From IMG/VR virus record IMGVR_UViG_3300025674_007358, positions 1 to 47,848 of that record: DNA of 47,848 nucleotides; one strand, given 5' to 3'. This DNA is from a virus. Its lineage: Duplodnaviria > Caudoviricetes. Shown here piece after piece: positions 25,914 to 36,665 of the stretch. Each line of letters opens with the position of its first letter. Position 1 is the stretch's first letter. The position numbers and the translations under genes are program-made. The notes under the pieces are model-generated. The model worked only from the letters and a program-made list of their open reading frames with translations. It was not told where the DNA came from and made no database searches.

Positions 25914-26556
25914 GTCCATGGACTTTTATACTCCGACTGGGTTACATGTATATATGCAACAACCAGTTGATGGTGTCGATGTGGAAGAAGTTATCCATAA
26001 AATGGAAACGGTATTGCCGCAACACTTCAGAGACGAGATAGAAATGATCATCTTTGGATGGTTTGATGAGTTTGAAGAGAGGAATATCAATGCATTCTAC
26101 AACGATAACGCAATATACGTCTCGCATCTACAAGATGATGCAGCCGACTTATACGATGACTTAATACACGAAATAGCACACTCTTTAGAAGAAGCATATG
26201 GATATGAGATATATGCCGACGAAGACATCAAAGATGAGTTCTTAAGAAAGAGAAAATACCTTCACGATGTTTTGTGGAAGTTAGGATACAGAGCCCCGCT
26301 GTCTTTTTTTGAAGATATAGAGTTCAACCAAGAGTTTGATGACTTCCTGTACAAGAAGATAGGGTACGATAAATTATCAACCATAATGTCTGGTATGTTT
26401 ATCAGCCCATACGCTGCGACTTCTCTGAGAGAATATTTTGCGACAGCCTTTACAGAGTACTTTTTGGACTCGAACCATGAGTTTTTAAAGAAGGTCTCTC
26501 CAGCAGCATTTTATAAAATTAATATGCTTAAAGATATGAAAGAGCTTGACTTTTAA
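25867..26556 (+). CDS. zincin-like metallopeptidase
   Basis: LIHEIAHS (HExxH); YAATSLREYFA third-ligand motif. Confidence 0.75.
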   Translation: MLTDYIQEKQKQLKSKSMDFYTPTGLHVYMQQPVDGVDVEEVIHKMETVLPQHFRDEIEMIIFGWFDEFEERNINAFYNDNAIYVSHLQDDAADLYDDLIHEIAHSLEEAYGYEIYADEDIKDEFLRKRKYLHDVLWKLGYRAPLSFFEDIEFNQEFDDFLYKKIGYDKLSTIMSGMFISPYAATSLREYFATAFTEYFLDSNHEFLKKVSPAAFYKINMLKDMKELDF

Positions 26557-26573
26557 AAAAAAGCGGTTATGAT
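26546..26573 (+). promoter_or_regulatory. sigma70-type promoter
   Basis: TTGACT 26546-26551, 16 nt, TATGAT 26568-26573; AGGAG and ATG 26592 follow. Confidence 0.65.
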
Positions 26574-26591
26574 ATAAAGTTAGGAGACAAA

Positions 26592-27353
26592 ATGTCGCAT
26601 ATATCATATTCTGAATTAAAGGATTGGAGCTTCTGTCCTTTCTACCACAAGCTCACTCGTGTGGATGGTATCGACGGCTTCACCGGAAACGAATACACTG
26701 CTTTTGGTTCTGCTATTCACTCTGTGTGTGAGAAGAAGCTTCTTCAAGAAGAGATAGCTGAAAACTTTTTTGTTGAAGAGTTAAAGAAGAATATAGCTGC
26801 TTTGGATGAGGAAGTTGATAACAAGCTTGTTCACCAGATGATGAAGCAAGGGAATGCTATTATTCCTGAAATTGATGACGCTCTTAGTGAATATTTTGAG
26901 GAGTATGAAGTCCTTGCAGTTGAGATGCCTTTGATGGAACAAATTGACGGTCACGAACACAAGTTTAAGGGCTTTATCGACGCAGTTGTTGCTACACCCG
27001 ATGGAAAAGTACACATCTTCGACTGGAAGACTTGTTCGTGGGGCTGGGACTCTAAAAAGAAAAGCGACAAGATGATCACATATCAACTTACTCTTTATAA
27101 GCATTTCTTCTGCCAAAAGATGGAAGTAGATCCAAAGGATATAGAAACTCACTTCGCACTACTTAAACGTACAGCCAAGAAAAACCATGTGGAGTTTTTT
27201 AGAGTTACTAGCGGTCCAAGAAAAACAGAAAATGCCCTTAAACTTTTAAATACGGCATTGTACAATATTAAAAACCAACGATACATCAAGAACCGTTTGT
27301 CGTGTACCGGTGGTTATGGTTGTAAATTTTATAAGACAGAACACTGTCCTTGA
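26592..27353 (+). CDS. PD-(D/E)xK nuclease (RecB/Cas4-like)
   Basis: HISYS..CP; FGSAIH; GFIDAV; IFDWKT; QLTLY; C-terminal C...C....CP. Confidence 0.88.
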   Translation: MSHISYSELKDWSFCPFYHKLTRVDGIDGFTGNEYTAFGSAIHSVCEKKLLQEEIAENFFVEELKKNIAALDEEVDNKLVHQMMKQGNAIIPEIDDALSEYFEEYEVLAVEMPLMEQIDGHEHKFKGFIDAVVATPDGKVHIFDWKTCSWGWDSKKKSDKMITYQLTLYKHFFCQKMEVDPKDIETHFALLKRTAKKNHVEFFRVTSGPRKTENALKLLNTALYNIKNQRYIKNRLSCTGGYGCKFYKTEHCP

Positions 27354-27360
27354 GGAATAA

Positions 27361-28641
27361 ATGAAAAAGAAAAAAATACTGGTCTTATCTGACCATCCGC
27401 TTTCTCCTTCTGGAGTTGGAACACAAACTCGTTATATGATCGAAGCATTACTTAAGACCGGTCGATACGAGTTTGTTTGTTTAGGTGGCGCTATGAAGCA
27501 CCAAGACTACACACCAGTCAGGGTTGACCCATGGGGCGATGACTGGAGAATTTTTCCAGTAGATGGCTACGGGAACCATGAGATTGTAAGATCTATAATG
27601 CAAAAAGAAAGACCAGATGTACTTTGGTTTATGACTGATCCTCGTTTCTACGAGTGGCTCTGGGAGATCGAGAATGAAGTAAGAGCTAACGTACCGATGG
27701 TGTACTATCATGTTTGGGATAACTTCCCAGTACCACATTTTAACGCACGCTGGTACCGCTCAAATGATCATATTGCATGTATTTCTAAGGTTACTCACCA
27801 AGTTGTACAAGCAGCCGCGCCTGATGTTGATAGCACTTATCTCCCACATGCTGTCCCAAACACGGTATTCCGACCCGCTGAAACAGCAGAAGAAAAGGCT
27901 TCAGCGCAACAAATCAGACAACAGGTTTTTGATTCTAGTTCAATGAAGAACCCAAACAAGAAGATTTTCTTTTGGAACAGCAGAAATGCACGTAGAAAGC
28001 AAAGCGGAACACTTATTTGGTGGTTCAAAGAGTTTCTTGATGAAGTTGGGCACGATAAGGCATCCCTTTTGATGCACACAGATCCGCGAGATCCTCATGG
28101 ACAAGATTTGCCGCATATTATCGAACACCTTGGAATTACAGACGGTCAAGTTTTACTCTCGTCGCAGAAGGTTCCACCAGATGGTTTAGCATCTATGTAC
28201 CGTGCAGCAGACTACACTATTGGTATTAGTGATGCAGAGGGCTTCGGTTTATCAACTTTGGAGTCCCTGTCTAGTGGTACTCCTATCATTGTTAACATGA
28301 CTGGTGGGTTACAAGAGCAAGTTACTGATGGAAAGAACTGGTTTGGATGGGGAATTCAACCGGCTAGTAAGTCTATCATCGGCTCTTTGCAGGTTCCATA
28401 CATTTATGAGGACCGCATAAGCCAAGAAGACTTCAATAAGGTGATGAAAAGCGCACTTAAATTGACCGCTCCGAAATATAAAAAGATGGTCGAGGCGGGA
28501 CTGAAACACGTCAAAGATAACTATAGCTTTGAGAAGTATGAAACTTCATGGGTAAATTTAATGGATGAAATTATAGAAAAACACGGTTCTTGGGAAAACA
28601 GAACCAATCACAAAAGATGGTATCTCATGGAGGTGGCATAA
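27361..28641 (+). CDS. glycosyltransferase, GT4 / GT-B fold
   Basis: SGVGTQ; RNARRK; SDAEGFGLSTLESLSSGTPII. Confidence 0.88.
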   Translation: MKKKKILVLSDHPLSPSGVGTQTRYMIEALLKTGRYEFVCLGGAMKHQDYTPVRVDPWGDDWRIFPVDGYGNHEIVRSIMQKERPDVLWFMTDPRFYEWLWEIENEVRANVPMVYYHVWDNFPVPHFNARWYRSNDHIACISKVTHQVVQAAAPDVDSTYLPHAVPNTVFRPAETAEEKASAQQIRQQVFDSSSMKNPNKKIFFWNSRNARRKQSGTLIWWFKEFLDEVGHDKASLLMHTDPRDPHGQDLPHIIEHLGITDGQVLLSSQKVPPDGLASMYRAADYTIGISDAEGFGLSTLESLSSGTPIIVNMTGGLQEQVTDGKNWFGWGIQPASKSIIGSLQVPYIYEDRISQEDFNKVMKSALKLTAPKYKKMVEAGLKHVKDNYSFEKYETSWVNLMDEIIEKHGSWENRTNHKRWYLMEVA

Positions 28642-29945
28642 TGAAGAAAACTGTATTATTGAGAGGACCAGTTCTCAGCCGCTCCGGATACGGAGAGCAA
28701 ACTAGATTTGCTTTAAGAGCATTGCGCAGTCGCGAGGATATATTTGATATTTTTATTCATCCGCTCGGATGGGGACAAACCGGATGGGTTTCTTCTTCTG
28801 ATGAAGAAAGAAAGTGGATTGATCAAAAGATAGAGAAGACAATTAGTTACGTCCAAAATGGCGGTACGTTTGATATTTCTGTTCAATCTGCACTTCCTAA
28901 TGAGTTTGAGAAGCTGGCGACCACAAACATCGGTTACACTGCTGGAATAGAAACAACAAAGTGTGCGATAGAGTGGATAGATAAAGCAAATTCTTCTGTT
29001 GATGAGATAATTTTTGTTTCAAGTCACTCCAAGAATGTATACGACAACACAACTCATATTGTTGCCGTTAATGCTCAAGGGCAAGGAAAAGTAATTGAAA
29101 ATCAAAACGATCCGATACTGCAAGATCCCAATTTCCAACTTCGAGAAATGAGTTCAACCGTAGAGACGCACGCAGTAAATTACCCAGTTAAAAACTATGA
29201 CGATCTTAGTGCTCTAGATTTGAATCTAACCACCGATTATAATTTTGCTTGTGTTGCTCAGTTTGGACCCAGAAAGAACCTACAAAATACCATTGAGTGG
29301 TTCATTCAGGAATTCCATGACGATGCCGATGTGGGCTTGATAGTAAAGACTAATGTTGTTAAGAATAGTCTCATTGATAGAGAAGCATGTGAGGGTCGTC
29401 TAAAAGGAATAACGTCAAAATATCCAGATAAGAAGTGTAAAATATACCTTCTCCATGGCGATATGACTGATAAGGAGATGCACGAAATTTATTTAAATGA
29501 TAAAGTATTCGCTGCCCTATCTCTAACACATGGTGAAGGCTTTGGTCTTCCGTTGTTTGAAGCAGCTTATATGGGTGTTCCTGTAATCGCCCCAGGCTGG
29601 TCAGGGCAAATGGATTTCTTGTGTGATGAAAATGGAAAAGAACATTTCTATAATGTTGCGTTCGATTTGAATCCTGTGCAAGAAGAGGCGGTTTGGCAAG
29701 GTGTTATTCTTAAAAATTCAATGTGGGCATATGCTCGTGAGACCTCCGCAAAAGAAAAGATGCGCGCATGCTACAATGACGCTAAAGAAGGCAAGCTAGA
29801 TGAATATCAGCAATATGCTGAAGCCCTTAAAGAAAGATTCAACGAGAGCAAGATGTACGAACAATTTATTGCGGCTATGGATGTTGAAGCTTCCTTTAAC
29901 GTTGAGTCTTGGTTGAATGATTTAGATATCGAAGAAATGGAATGA
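28641..29945 (+). CDS. glycosyltransferase, GT4 / GT-B fold
   Basis: SRSGYG; PRKNL; HGEGFGLPLFEAAYMGVPVI; start re-called to ATG 28641. Confidence 0.88.
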   Translation: MKKTVLLRGPVLSRSGYGEQTRFALRALRSREDIFDIFIHPLGWGQTGWVSSSDEERKWIDQKIEKTISYVQNGGTFDISVQSALPNEFEKLATTNIGYTAGIETTKCAIEWIDKANSSVDEIIFVSSHSKNVYDNTTHIVAVNAQGQGKVIENQNDPILQDPNFQLREMSSTVETHAVNYPVKNYDDLSALDLNLTTDYNFACVAQFGPRKNLQNTIEWFIQEFHDDADVGLIVKTNVVKNSLIDREACEGRLKGITSKYPDKKCKIYLLHGDMTDKEMHEIYLNDKVFAALSLTHGEGFGLPLFEAAYMGVPVIAPGWSGQMDFLCDENGKEHFYNVAFDLNPVQEEAVWQGVILKNSMWAYARETSAKEKMRACYNDAKEGKLDEYQQYAEALKERFNESKMYEQFIAAMDVEASFNVESWLNDLDIEEME

Positions 29946-30778
29946 AAATAGTATTTGTCGCTGACTTCTTTGCTGATCAAGTGCTTGGCGGCGGAGAACT
30001 AAACAACGAGGAGCTAATAAATATACTAGTTTCACAAGGACACTCTGTAGAGAAAGTTAATAGCCATGTTGTAACAAGCGAATTCGTTGAACAAAGAAAA
30101 GATCACAAGTTTGTAATTGCTAACTTTGTAGCACTTCCTCATGGAGCCAAAGAACTGTTTTATGATAAGCAGTATATAATATACGAGCATGATCACAAGT
30201 ATTTAAGCACCCGCAATCCGGGTGTTTTTCCTAATTTCAAAGCACCAAGCGAGCACGTCATTAATTTGGAATTTTATCAGAACGCCAAAGCAGTATTGTG
30301 TCAGTCGGCATTCCATACAGACATCGCACTAAAGAACACAAATCTAACAAACCTTGTAAATCTTGGTGGAAACATATGGGACATAGACTCATTGAACTTT
30401 GTATCCGAACAAGCCGATGTAGAAAAAAACGGTAGATACGCTATAATGAATTCAAACATAAGACACAAGAATACCGCTGGTGCAATAAAGTTTTGTAATG
30501 CAAAGGGATATGATTACACTTTGATCCAAAGTGGAGAATACAAGCAGTTTCTCAAAGCAATGGGAGAAAACAAGTCGCTAGTATTCCTTCCAGAAACCCC
30601 AGAAACGCTTTCTAGGATAGTTGTAGAGGCTCGGATGATGAATATGGGGATTGTTACCAATAAGTTAATAGGAGCCGCTAGCGAGCCTTGGTACGCTCTT
30701 AAAGGGCACGAACTGATAGAAGTGATGAAACAAAAGAGAAGTGAAATAACAAACAAGGTTTTGGAGAGTTTAAAATGA
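29942..30778 (+). CDS. putative glycosyltransferase (GT-B)
   Basis: GGGELNN; HD; PETLSRIVVEARMM. Confidence 0.7.
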   Translation: MKIVFVADFFADQVLGGGELNNEELINILVSQGHSVEKVNSHVVTSEFVEQRKDHKFVIANFVALPHGAKELFYDKQYIIYEHDHKYLSTRNPGVFPNFKAPSEHVINLEFYQNAKAVLCQSAFHTDIALKNTNLTNLVNLGGNIWDIDSLNFVSEQADVEKNGRYAIMNSNIRHKNTAGAIKFCNAKGYDYTLIQSGEYKQFLKAMGENKSLVFLPETPETLSRIVVEARMMNMGIVTNKLIGAASEPWYALKGHELIEVMKQKRSEITNKVLESLK

Positions 30779-31743
30779 AAAAAGAAAAAGTTTATTGCCT
30801 TGACTATAATCAACATGCCGGTAAATGGATATATGATGGATATCAAAGTGCTTGGGAACACCTTGGCTACGAATTACAAGTCGGGAGAGATTCTGAAAAT
30901 TCTCAAACGACCTGCCTTTCTCTGATCCCGACCAACTCTGAACTATTAAGCGAAGAGTATTACATGATGTCTGTTGCCTCGCTTTTTGGAGATTCTGATA
31001 GTATTAAAGCCCTACAGCATTCGAAAAAATCGTTTTTGTTTGTACAGCCAAAAGTATTTCCAGAACCATGGGGAAGACACCCAAACTATGTTTGCAATCT
31101 TGAGCAGCAATGGGTTGATGAGATAAGTAAATTAGATAATGTTATTCTGTGGACATTTACAAATGTTAGTGAAGAAGGCCAGCAAAAGTATTTTACTCAA
31201 TGGGATAAAAAAATACACACTTTCCCATTAGCATTTGACTCTATCAACTATAAGCCACAAGAAGTTGAGAAAATGAAACAGTTCGATATATGTTTCGTTG
31301 GCGGTTGGGCGGACAATGGTTTTAATGAGAAAAGAAAGATAATTTTAGATATCTTCAAGAGCTTTATGGAAACTGATTTAAAGTGTGGTTTTTTCGTAAA
31401 CAAAAATCTGACTCACCAACAAGAATGTAATCTTTTAGCAAATAGCAAGCTGACACTGAATATTCATGATGCTTATCAAAGAGTTCTTGGATACGATACA
31501 AACGAGAGGACGTTTAAGTCTTTGGGTCTTAACGGGCTCATGGTATCAGACACGGTCGGACAGTTGAACCAAATATTTCCAGATGTAAGGACAAGTTTGG
31601 AACCAAAGCAACTCGTAGAAATTACGAAAGAAATATTAGCAATGCCGGAAAATGATAGAGAAGAGTTGCGTCAAAAGAACAAAGATGATATATTAAAGAA
31701 CCACACCTATGTGAACAGGCTGCAAGAGATGCTGAAAATATGA
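30775..31743 (+). CDS. CgeB-like glycosyltransferase
   Basis: FDICFVG; LNIH...NERTF; HTYVNR. Confidence 0.75.
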   Translation: MKKEKVYCLDYNQHAGKWIYDGYQSAWEHLGYELQVGRDSENSQTTCLSLIPTNSELLSEEYYMMSVASLFGDSDSIKALQHSKKSFLFVQPKVFPEPWGRHPNYVCNLEQQWVDEISKLDNVILWTFTNVSEEGQQKYFTQWDKKIHTFPLAFDSINYKPQEVEKMKQFDICFVGGWADNGFNEKRKIILDIFKSFMETDLKCGFFVNKNLTHQQECNLLANSKLTLNIHDAYQRVLGYDTNERTFKSLGLNGLMVSDTVGQLNQIFPDVRTSLEPKQLVEITKEILAMPENDREELRQKNKDDILKNHTYVNRLQEMLKI

Positions 31744-32474
31744 GTCCCAAAGTAACCATCATAATACCTTGCTATAACTCAGAGAAGTGGATCGAAGAAT
31801 GTATCATGTCTGCGCTAAACCAAACTTATGATAACAAAGAAGTAATTTTTGTTGATAATGAAAGTTCCGATTCAAGTTTAGAAATAGCAAAAAGAATACA
31901 AGAAACTCACAAAGAATTAGTAGTCGAGACAGCAGAAAACATCTACAAACATTCTTATCAGGAACCAGTAGAAAAGGCGCTGAGTATTTCGACCGGTGAA
32001 TATGCAACAATATTGGGATCTGATGACTTCATCGATGAAGACTATATAAAAAATATAGCCGAAATTTTAAGCAAGTCTGATAAAATTTCCGTATTACAGT
32101 CTCCGGTAAGGGGCGTGAAGGGCGTAGAAAAAACATTTGTAGGGGAGATCTCACATTCTTATAAAAATCTGCAACAGTTTAAAGAACAGCTTTTCATTCG
32201 ATGCCCAGTAACGACACCGACGATAGTGTTTAAAAAATCTTTGTATGATAGTGGAATTGTTAGATGGAAGTCAGAAGAATACCTTGGCGCATGCGACTAT
32301 GAGCTATATTTTAACTTGACAGATAATAATGTTTTCATATATCCTTTTCCGAAATGGATTGGGTACTACTATAGATGGCACGAAGATCAGTGTACTTGGG
32401 GAATGCACAAAGAAAAAACTAACTTCGATCAAAAAATCAAAGACTATTGGAGAAACAAGTGGACACAAACTTAA
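31740..32474 (+). CDS. glycosyltransferase, GT2
   Basis: VTIIIPCYN; VDNESSD; LGSDD. Confidence 0.9.
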   Translation: MSPKVTIIIPCYNSEKWIEECIMSALNQTYDNKEVIFVDNESSDSSLEIAKRIQETHKELVVETAENIYKHSYQEPVEKALSISTGEYATILGSDDFIDEDYIKNIAEILSKSDKISVLQSPVRGVKGVEKTFVGEISHSYKNLQQFKEQLFIRCPVTTPTIVFKKSLYDSGIVRWKSEEYLGACDYELYFNLTDNNVFIYPFPKWIGYYYRWHEDQCTWGMHKEKTNFDQKIKDYWRNKWTQT

Positions 32475-33067
32475 CAGAAGAAGACTTGAGAAATTTTGAA
32501 TTAGAAATATTTGATTTATTCAAGAATAAAAAAATTCATTCTCCAATCCATTTGCGTGGCGGAAACGAGAAACAGTTAATAGAAATTTTCAAAAATATAA
32601 AACACGAAGATTATTGTTTTGCGACTTGGGCTAGCCATTTAGAATGTTTATTGAAAGGCGTTCCAAGAGAAGAATTAAAGAAAGCAATATTGAAAAATAA
32701 ATCTATTTGCCTATCTTTTAAAGAATACAATATTTTGTCTTCTGCAATTGTTGGTGGAAATGCGCCGATCGCCGTTGGTATAGCAAAAGGCTTGAAGATG
32801 AAAGGTTCAACTCAACACGTATGGTGTTTCGTGGGCGATATGTCGTTCTATACAGGTAGCGTACAGGAAAGTTTAAGGTACGCAGAAGTACATGACTTAC
32901 CAATTACTTTTGTGGTAGCTAATAATCACAAAAGCGTTGAAACGCCGACAGAAGAAGTGTGGGGTAATGATATTAAGGAACTTGCAATTAACTCAAAGAA
33001 ATGCATCTATTATGAATATGAAAACCATTTCCCTCATGCTGGAATTGGAGAGAAGGTATTATTTTAA
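32447..33067 (+). CDS. TPP-dependent enzyme, E1 alpha-like subunit
   Basis: PIHLRGGNE; SAIVGG; TPP motif GDMS...ESL...VVANN. Confidence 0.85.
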   Translation: MEKQVDTNLTEEDLRNFELEIFDLFKNKKIHSPIHLRGGNEKQLIEIFKNIKHEDYCFATWASHLECLLKGVPREELKKAILKNKSICLSFKEYNILSSAIVGGNAPIAVGIAKGLKMKGSTQHVWCFVGDMSFYTGSVQESLRYAEVHDLPITFVVANNHKSVETPTEEVWGNDIKELAINSKKCIYYEYENHFPHAGIGEKVLF

Positions 33068-33600
33068 TGACTAACTTAAACTACGCAGAAGAATTAAACA
33101 AAGCAATGTCTTATCTTTCTGAACAGGAAGATACCATTTTTCTTGGACAAAGCATGGTATATGGAGGAATTGCTATCGCTAATTCATTTAACTCTATACC
33201 TTTGGAAAAAAGAATTGAGATGCCTGTCGCAGAAAACCTACAGTTAGGCATCTCAACTGGAATGGCGTTAACGGGTTATATCCCGATATCCGTGTATCCA
33301 AGATGGAACTTTTTGATCTTGGCATCAGACCAGTTGGTGAATCATTTAGACAAACTTTCGGAAATGACTTTGGGGCAATATAAGCCAAAAGTAATTATAA
33401 GAGTGGCAGTCGGAGTAACAAAGCCGGTGGATCCACAAGAACAGCATGTTGGAGACTTTACAGAAGGTTTTCAGAAAATTGTAAAGAATATTAATATTGT
33501 GAAGCTAGAAAAGGCAGAACAAGTTATGGAAGAATACATCAAGGCGTACACACGCACAGATGGAGTTTCGACTATTCTAGTAGAAGAACATCAGTTTTAA
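33067..33600 (+). CDS. TPP-dependent enzyme, E1 beta-like (pyrimidine-binding domain only)
   Basis: EMPVAENLQLGISTGMALTG; DQLVN; QH; 177 aa, no C-terminal domain. Confidence 0.8.
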   Translation: MTNLNYAEELNKAMSYLSEQEDTIFLGQSMVYGGIAIANSFNSIPLEKRIEMPVAENLQLGISTGMALTGYIPISVYPRWNFLILASDQLVNHLDKLSEMTLGQYKPKVIIRVAVGVTKPVDPQEQHVGDFTEGFQKIVKNINIVKLEKAEQVMEEYIKAYTRTDGVSTILVEEHQF

Positions 33601-33601
33601 A

Positions 33602-34507
33602 ATGAAGATACTGTTAGTAGCAAATAAAACTATCAGAGGAAACCCAGATAGTATTTCTTGGTATTTCGCAGACCCGATGAAAAGTCTTGGGCATGAGGTG
33701 TATTTTTACGACACTGTTAGCGGCGATCCATCTGGTACTTTTACATCAGTTCTAGAGAGCTTTAAACCAGATCTGGTGTTCTGTATTACAACAGGAAACC
33801 AAAACATGACGCCATATGAGCCATGGGAAGAACTTCTTAAGGAAACGAAGTCTGGTCGAACTAAAACATTTAATTGGTTCTGTGATGATACATGGAGATT
33901 TGACAACTTTTCTTCAAAAGCATGCGAGAACTTCACGGTGTGTTCGACTCCAGAGAGGAGCCACTTACAAAAATACAAAGAAATAGGTTACGACAATATT
34001 ATATTAGCCAATTGGCATGCTCCTTCTGAGTATTTTCCAAGTGTAAAATTTCAAGATAAGAAATTTGAAACTACTTTTATTGGTAGACTTTCGCAACAAA
34101 GAATAAAGTTTCTTGAAAAAACAAAAGTAAAAATACAAGTCATACACAACTTAACTCAGGAACAAATGTTTCATGCATTTTCAAATACAAAATTTGGAAT
34201 CAACCTATCAGTAAACTACAATGATCCAGAACTGAAAACACAAATGAAACAAAGAATATTTGAAACTACCGCTGGTGCTGGGTTGCTTGTTACTGAATAT
34301 CACCCCGGTATAGAAGAATACTTTGAGATAGATAAAGAAATAATAACGTTCGAAACAACAGAAGAGTTTAGAGAAAAAGTTACTTTCTTACAAAACAAAC
34401 CACAAATAGCTGAGAAGCTAGCAAAAGCAGGTCATGAAAGGTTTTTGAAAGAACATGACTCAAAGATAAGACTAAGCAGAGTATTAGAAGAGATAATGGG
34501 AATATGA
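33602..34507 (+). CDS. CgeB-like glycosyltransferase
   Basis: WFCDDTWRF; QMKQRIFE; IAEKLAKAGHERFLKEH. Confidence 0.8.
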   Translation: MKILLVANKTIRGNPDSISWYFADPMKSLGHEVYFYDTVSGDPSGTFTSVLESFKPDLVFCITTGNQNMTPYEPWEELLKETKSGRTKTFNWFCDDTWRFDNFSSKACENFTVCSTPERSHLQKYKEIGYDNIILANWHAPSEYFPSVKFQDKKFETTFIGRLSQQRIKFLEKTKVKIQVIHNLTQEQMFHAFSNTKFGINLSVNYNDPELKTQMKQRIFETTAGAGLLVTEYHPGIEEYFEIDKEIITFETTEEFREKVTFLQNKPQIAEKLAKAGHERFLKEHDSKIRLSRVLEEIMGI

Positions 34508-35352
34508 ATGTTTTAATCACCGGAGGAAAGGGTTTTCTTGCAAAAGAGATGGTGCGCTATTTTTCGGACAAAAAACAATACACCTTGATGGTCACTGATA
34601 GAAGCACGCTAGATCCTACAGATTATGAGAATGTAAAAGATTTTTTTGATAATGTAACCGTAGATGTTGTTATACACACTGCTGTTAAGGGTGGAAAGCG
34701 TGGGCATTTCGATAACACAAGTAATTTTTTTGATAATATTGCAATGTTTGATAATTTATCAAAATTCTCAAACAAGTTTCAAGTAATGTTTAATTTTGGT
34801 TCTGGTGCTGAATTTGATAGAAGGTTTGATATCAAAAATTCTATAGAGACAGATGTTTTTAAATCAAATCCTGTGGACATGTATGGTTTATCAAAAAATT
34901 TAATAACTAGAAGAATATACGAACTTGATACCAATATCTATAACTTAAGATTATTTGGATGTTTTGGGGTACATGAAGAACCACAAAGGTTGTTTAAAAC
35001 ATGTTATGAAAACTTTGCAAAGGGAATAAACGCGAATATAACCCAAGATAAGTATATGGACTATTTTTACGCACAGGATATCGGTCGTGTTATCGAGTAC
35101 ATCATTGCAAACCACGACATATGGGAAATGTCACCGGACTTTAATCTGTGTTACAGAGAAAAATACAAACTAAGCGAGCATGCTGCAATGATAAAAAGAT
35201 TGACAAATAACACCGAAGATGTTATTATTAAGTCTAACGAGATTGCATATTCCTATACCGGAGATAATTTTCTTCTGGAAGAATTAAATATCGAACTCGT
35301 TGGACTAGAAAAGGGTATAAAAGAATGTCTGAAAAATTGGAGCAAATCCTAA
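34504..35352 (+). CDS. NAD-dependent epimerase/dehydratase/reductase
   Basis: ITGGKGFLA; GSGAEF; YGLSK. Confidence 0.85.
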   Translation: MNVLITGGKGFLAKEMVRYFSDKKQYTLMVTDRSTLDPTDYENVKDFFDNVTVDVVIHTAVKGGKRGHFDNTSNFFDNIAMFDNLSKFSNKFQVMFNFGSGAEFDRRFDIKNSIETDVFKSNPVDMYGLSKNLITRRIYELDTNIYNLRLFGCFGVHEEPQRLFKTCYENFAKGINANITQDKYMDYFYAQDIGRVIEYIIANHDIWEMSPDFNLCYREKYKLSEHAAMIKRLTNNTEDVIIKSNEIAYSYTGDNFLLEELNIELVGLEKGIKECLKNWSKS

Positions 35353-36665
35353 ACTTAGTTTCTGAGTATGTTGCTGAGAAGCAAGAAAACGAGAAGTGGA
35401 TACCCGGTCAAGACTGGGTTTCTTATTCTGGACCGGTCTTTGACGATAAGGAATATCTTGCGGCTATTAGGCAAGTGCTTGACGGTTGGATGATCTTTGG
35501 AAAGAACGCAAGTGAGTTCGAGCAAAAGTTTCCATCAAAGCTTGGAAAATTGTACGGAGCACTCACAAACTCCGGAAGCTCCGCCAACCTTCTTATGGTT
35601 GCAGCTACAAAGTCCAATAGATTCAAGAAACAACTGAAAGACGGTGATAAAATCATTACACCAGTTGTTTGTTTTCCGACAACCATCAACCCCATCATCC
35701 AAAACAATTTGGTTCCAGTATTTGTAGATGTTGAGTTGCCCAGTGTTAACTTGGACCTCGACAAAGTTGAGGAAGCCCTTGAGGCAGACCCAAGCATCCG
35801 AGGAATTATGTTTGCTCATGTTCTTGGAAACCCGCCAGACATGGACCGCTTGATGGCGCTTATTGAAAAGTATGATCTTGTCTTTTTAGAAGATGCCTGT
35901 GATGCTCTTGGTTCTTATTACGACGGTAAGAAACTTGGTTCGTTTGGCGATATGTCTACTTGCTCTTTCTTCCCTGCTCACCACATGACGATGGGTGAAG
36001 GTGGTTTTATCGCAACAAACAGTTTGAGGACAAAGACTATTCTTGCTAGTGTTCGTGACTGGGGTCGTGCTTGTTATTGCAACACGCAGAAGCCCGGAAA
36101 CGTAACAAGCGCGACAGCATGCGGAAACAGGTTTAAGAACTGGTTGCCGGGGCTTAAGGAAGCCGTGTATGATCATCGCTATGTCTTTGACGAAATTGGA
36201 TATAACCTCAAGCCGCTTGATTTACAGGCTGCAATGGGTCTGCAACAGCTTGATAAGCTTGAGATGCTAGATAGTGCTCGTAGGGTTAACTGGGAGAAGA
36301 TGAAGCAAATATTCGCCCCTTACGAGCGTTTCTTTCACATTCCAGAAGCAACAGAAAAGTCTGATCCTTGCTGGTTTGCTTTTCTTCTGACTGTAAAAGA
36401 GGATGCACCGTTCTCCAGAAGCGATATTGTTGAGCACCTAGAAAGCTTCAAGATCCAAACAAGATCTTATTTCTCTGGAAACATTCTTGCTCACCCCGGT
36501 TACATACACATGGCTGAGGAGTATGGCGACATGAACGTTACATTCCCTAATGCTCAGTTGGTTACAACCAACTCATTCTTCTTGGGGACATATGCTGGTC
36601 TGACTGACGAGAAGATTCAGTATATCAAGGAAGCGGTTGATGGTTTTTTGGGAGACTTTGAGTGA
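35325..36665 (+). CDS. rfbH: NDP-4-keto-6-deoxyglucose 3-dehydratase (RfbH/DdhC, DegT family)
   Basis: NSGSSANLL; EDACDALGS; SFFPAHHMTMGEGG (His in place of the PLP Lys); RDWGRACYC; YDHRY. Confidence 0.88.
   Translation: MSEKLEQILNLVSEYVAEKQENEKWIPGQDWVSYSGPVFDDKEYLAAIRQVLDGWMIFGKNASEFEQKFPSKLGKLYGALTNSGSSANLLMVAATKSNRFKKQLKDGDKIITPVVCFPTTINPIIQNNLVPVFVDVELPSVNLDLDKVEEALEADPSIRGIMFAHVLGNPPDMDRLMALIEKYDLVFLEDACDALGSYYDGKKLGSFGDMSTCSFFPAHHMTMGEGGFIATNSLRTKTILASVRDWGRACYCNTQKPGNVTSATACGNRFKNWLPGLKEAVYDHRYVFDEIGYNLKPLDLQAAMGLQQLDKLEMLDSARRVNWEKMKQIFAPYERFFHIPEATEKSDPCWFAFLLTVKEDAPFSRSDIVEHLESFKIQTRSYFSGNILAHPGYIHMAEEYGDMNVTFPNAQLVTTNSFFLGTYAGLTDEKIQYIKEAVDGFLGDFE

Noticed and set aside
26592-27353. 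Cas4-like nuclease as evidence of CRISPR-Cas
   Set aside because: No repeat-spacer array or other cas genes seen; stand-alone PD-(D/E)xK nucleases are common in phages.
32447-33600. Pyruvate dehydrogenase auxiliary metabolic genes
   Set aside because: Subunits are short, no E2/E3 is present, and they sit inside a sugar-nucleotide cluster.
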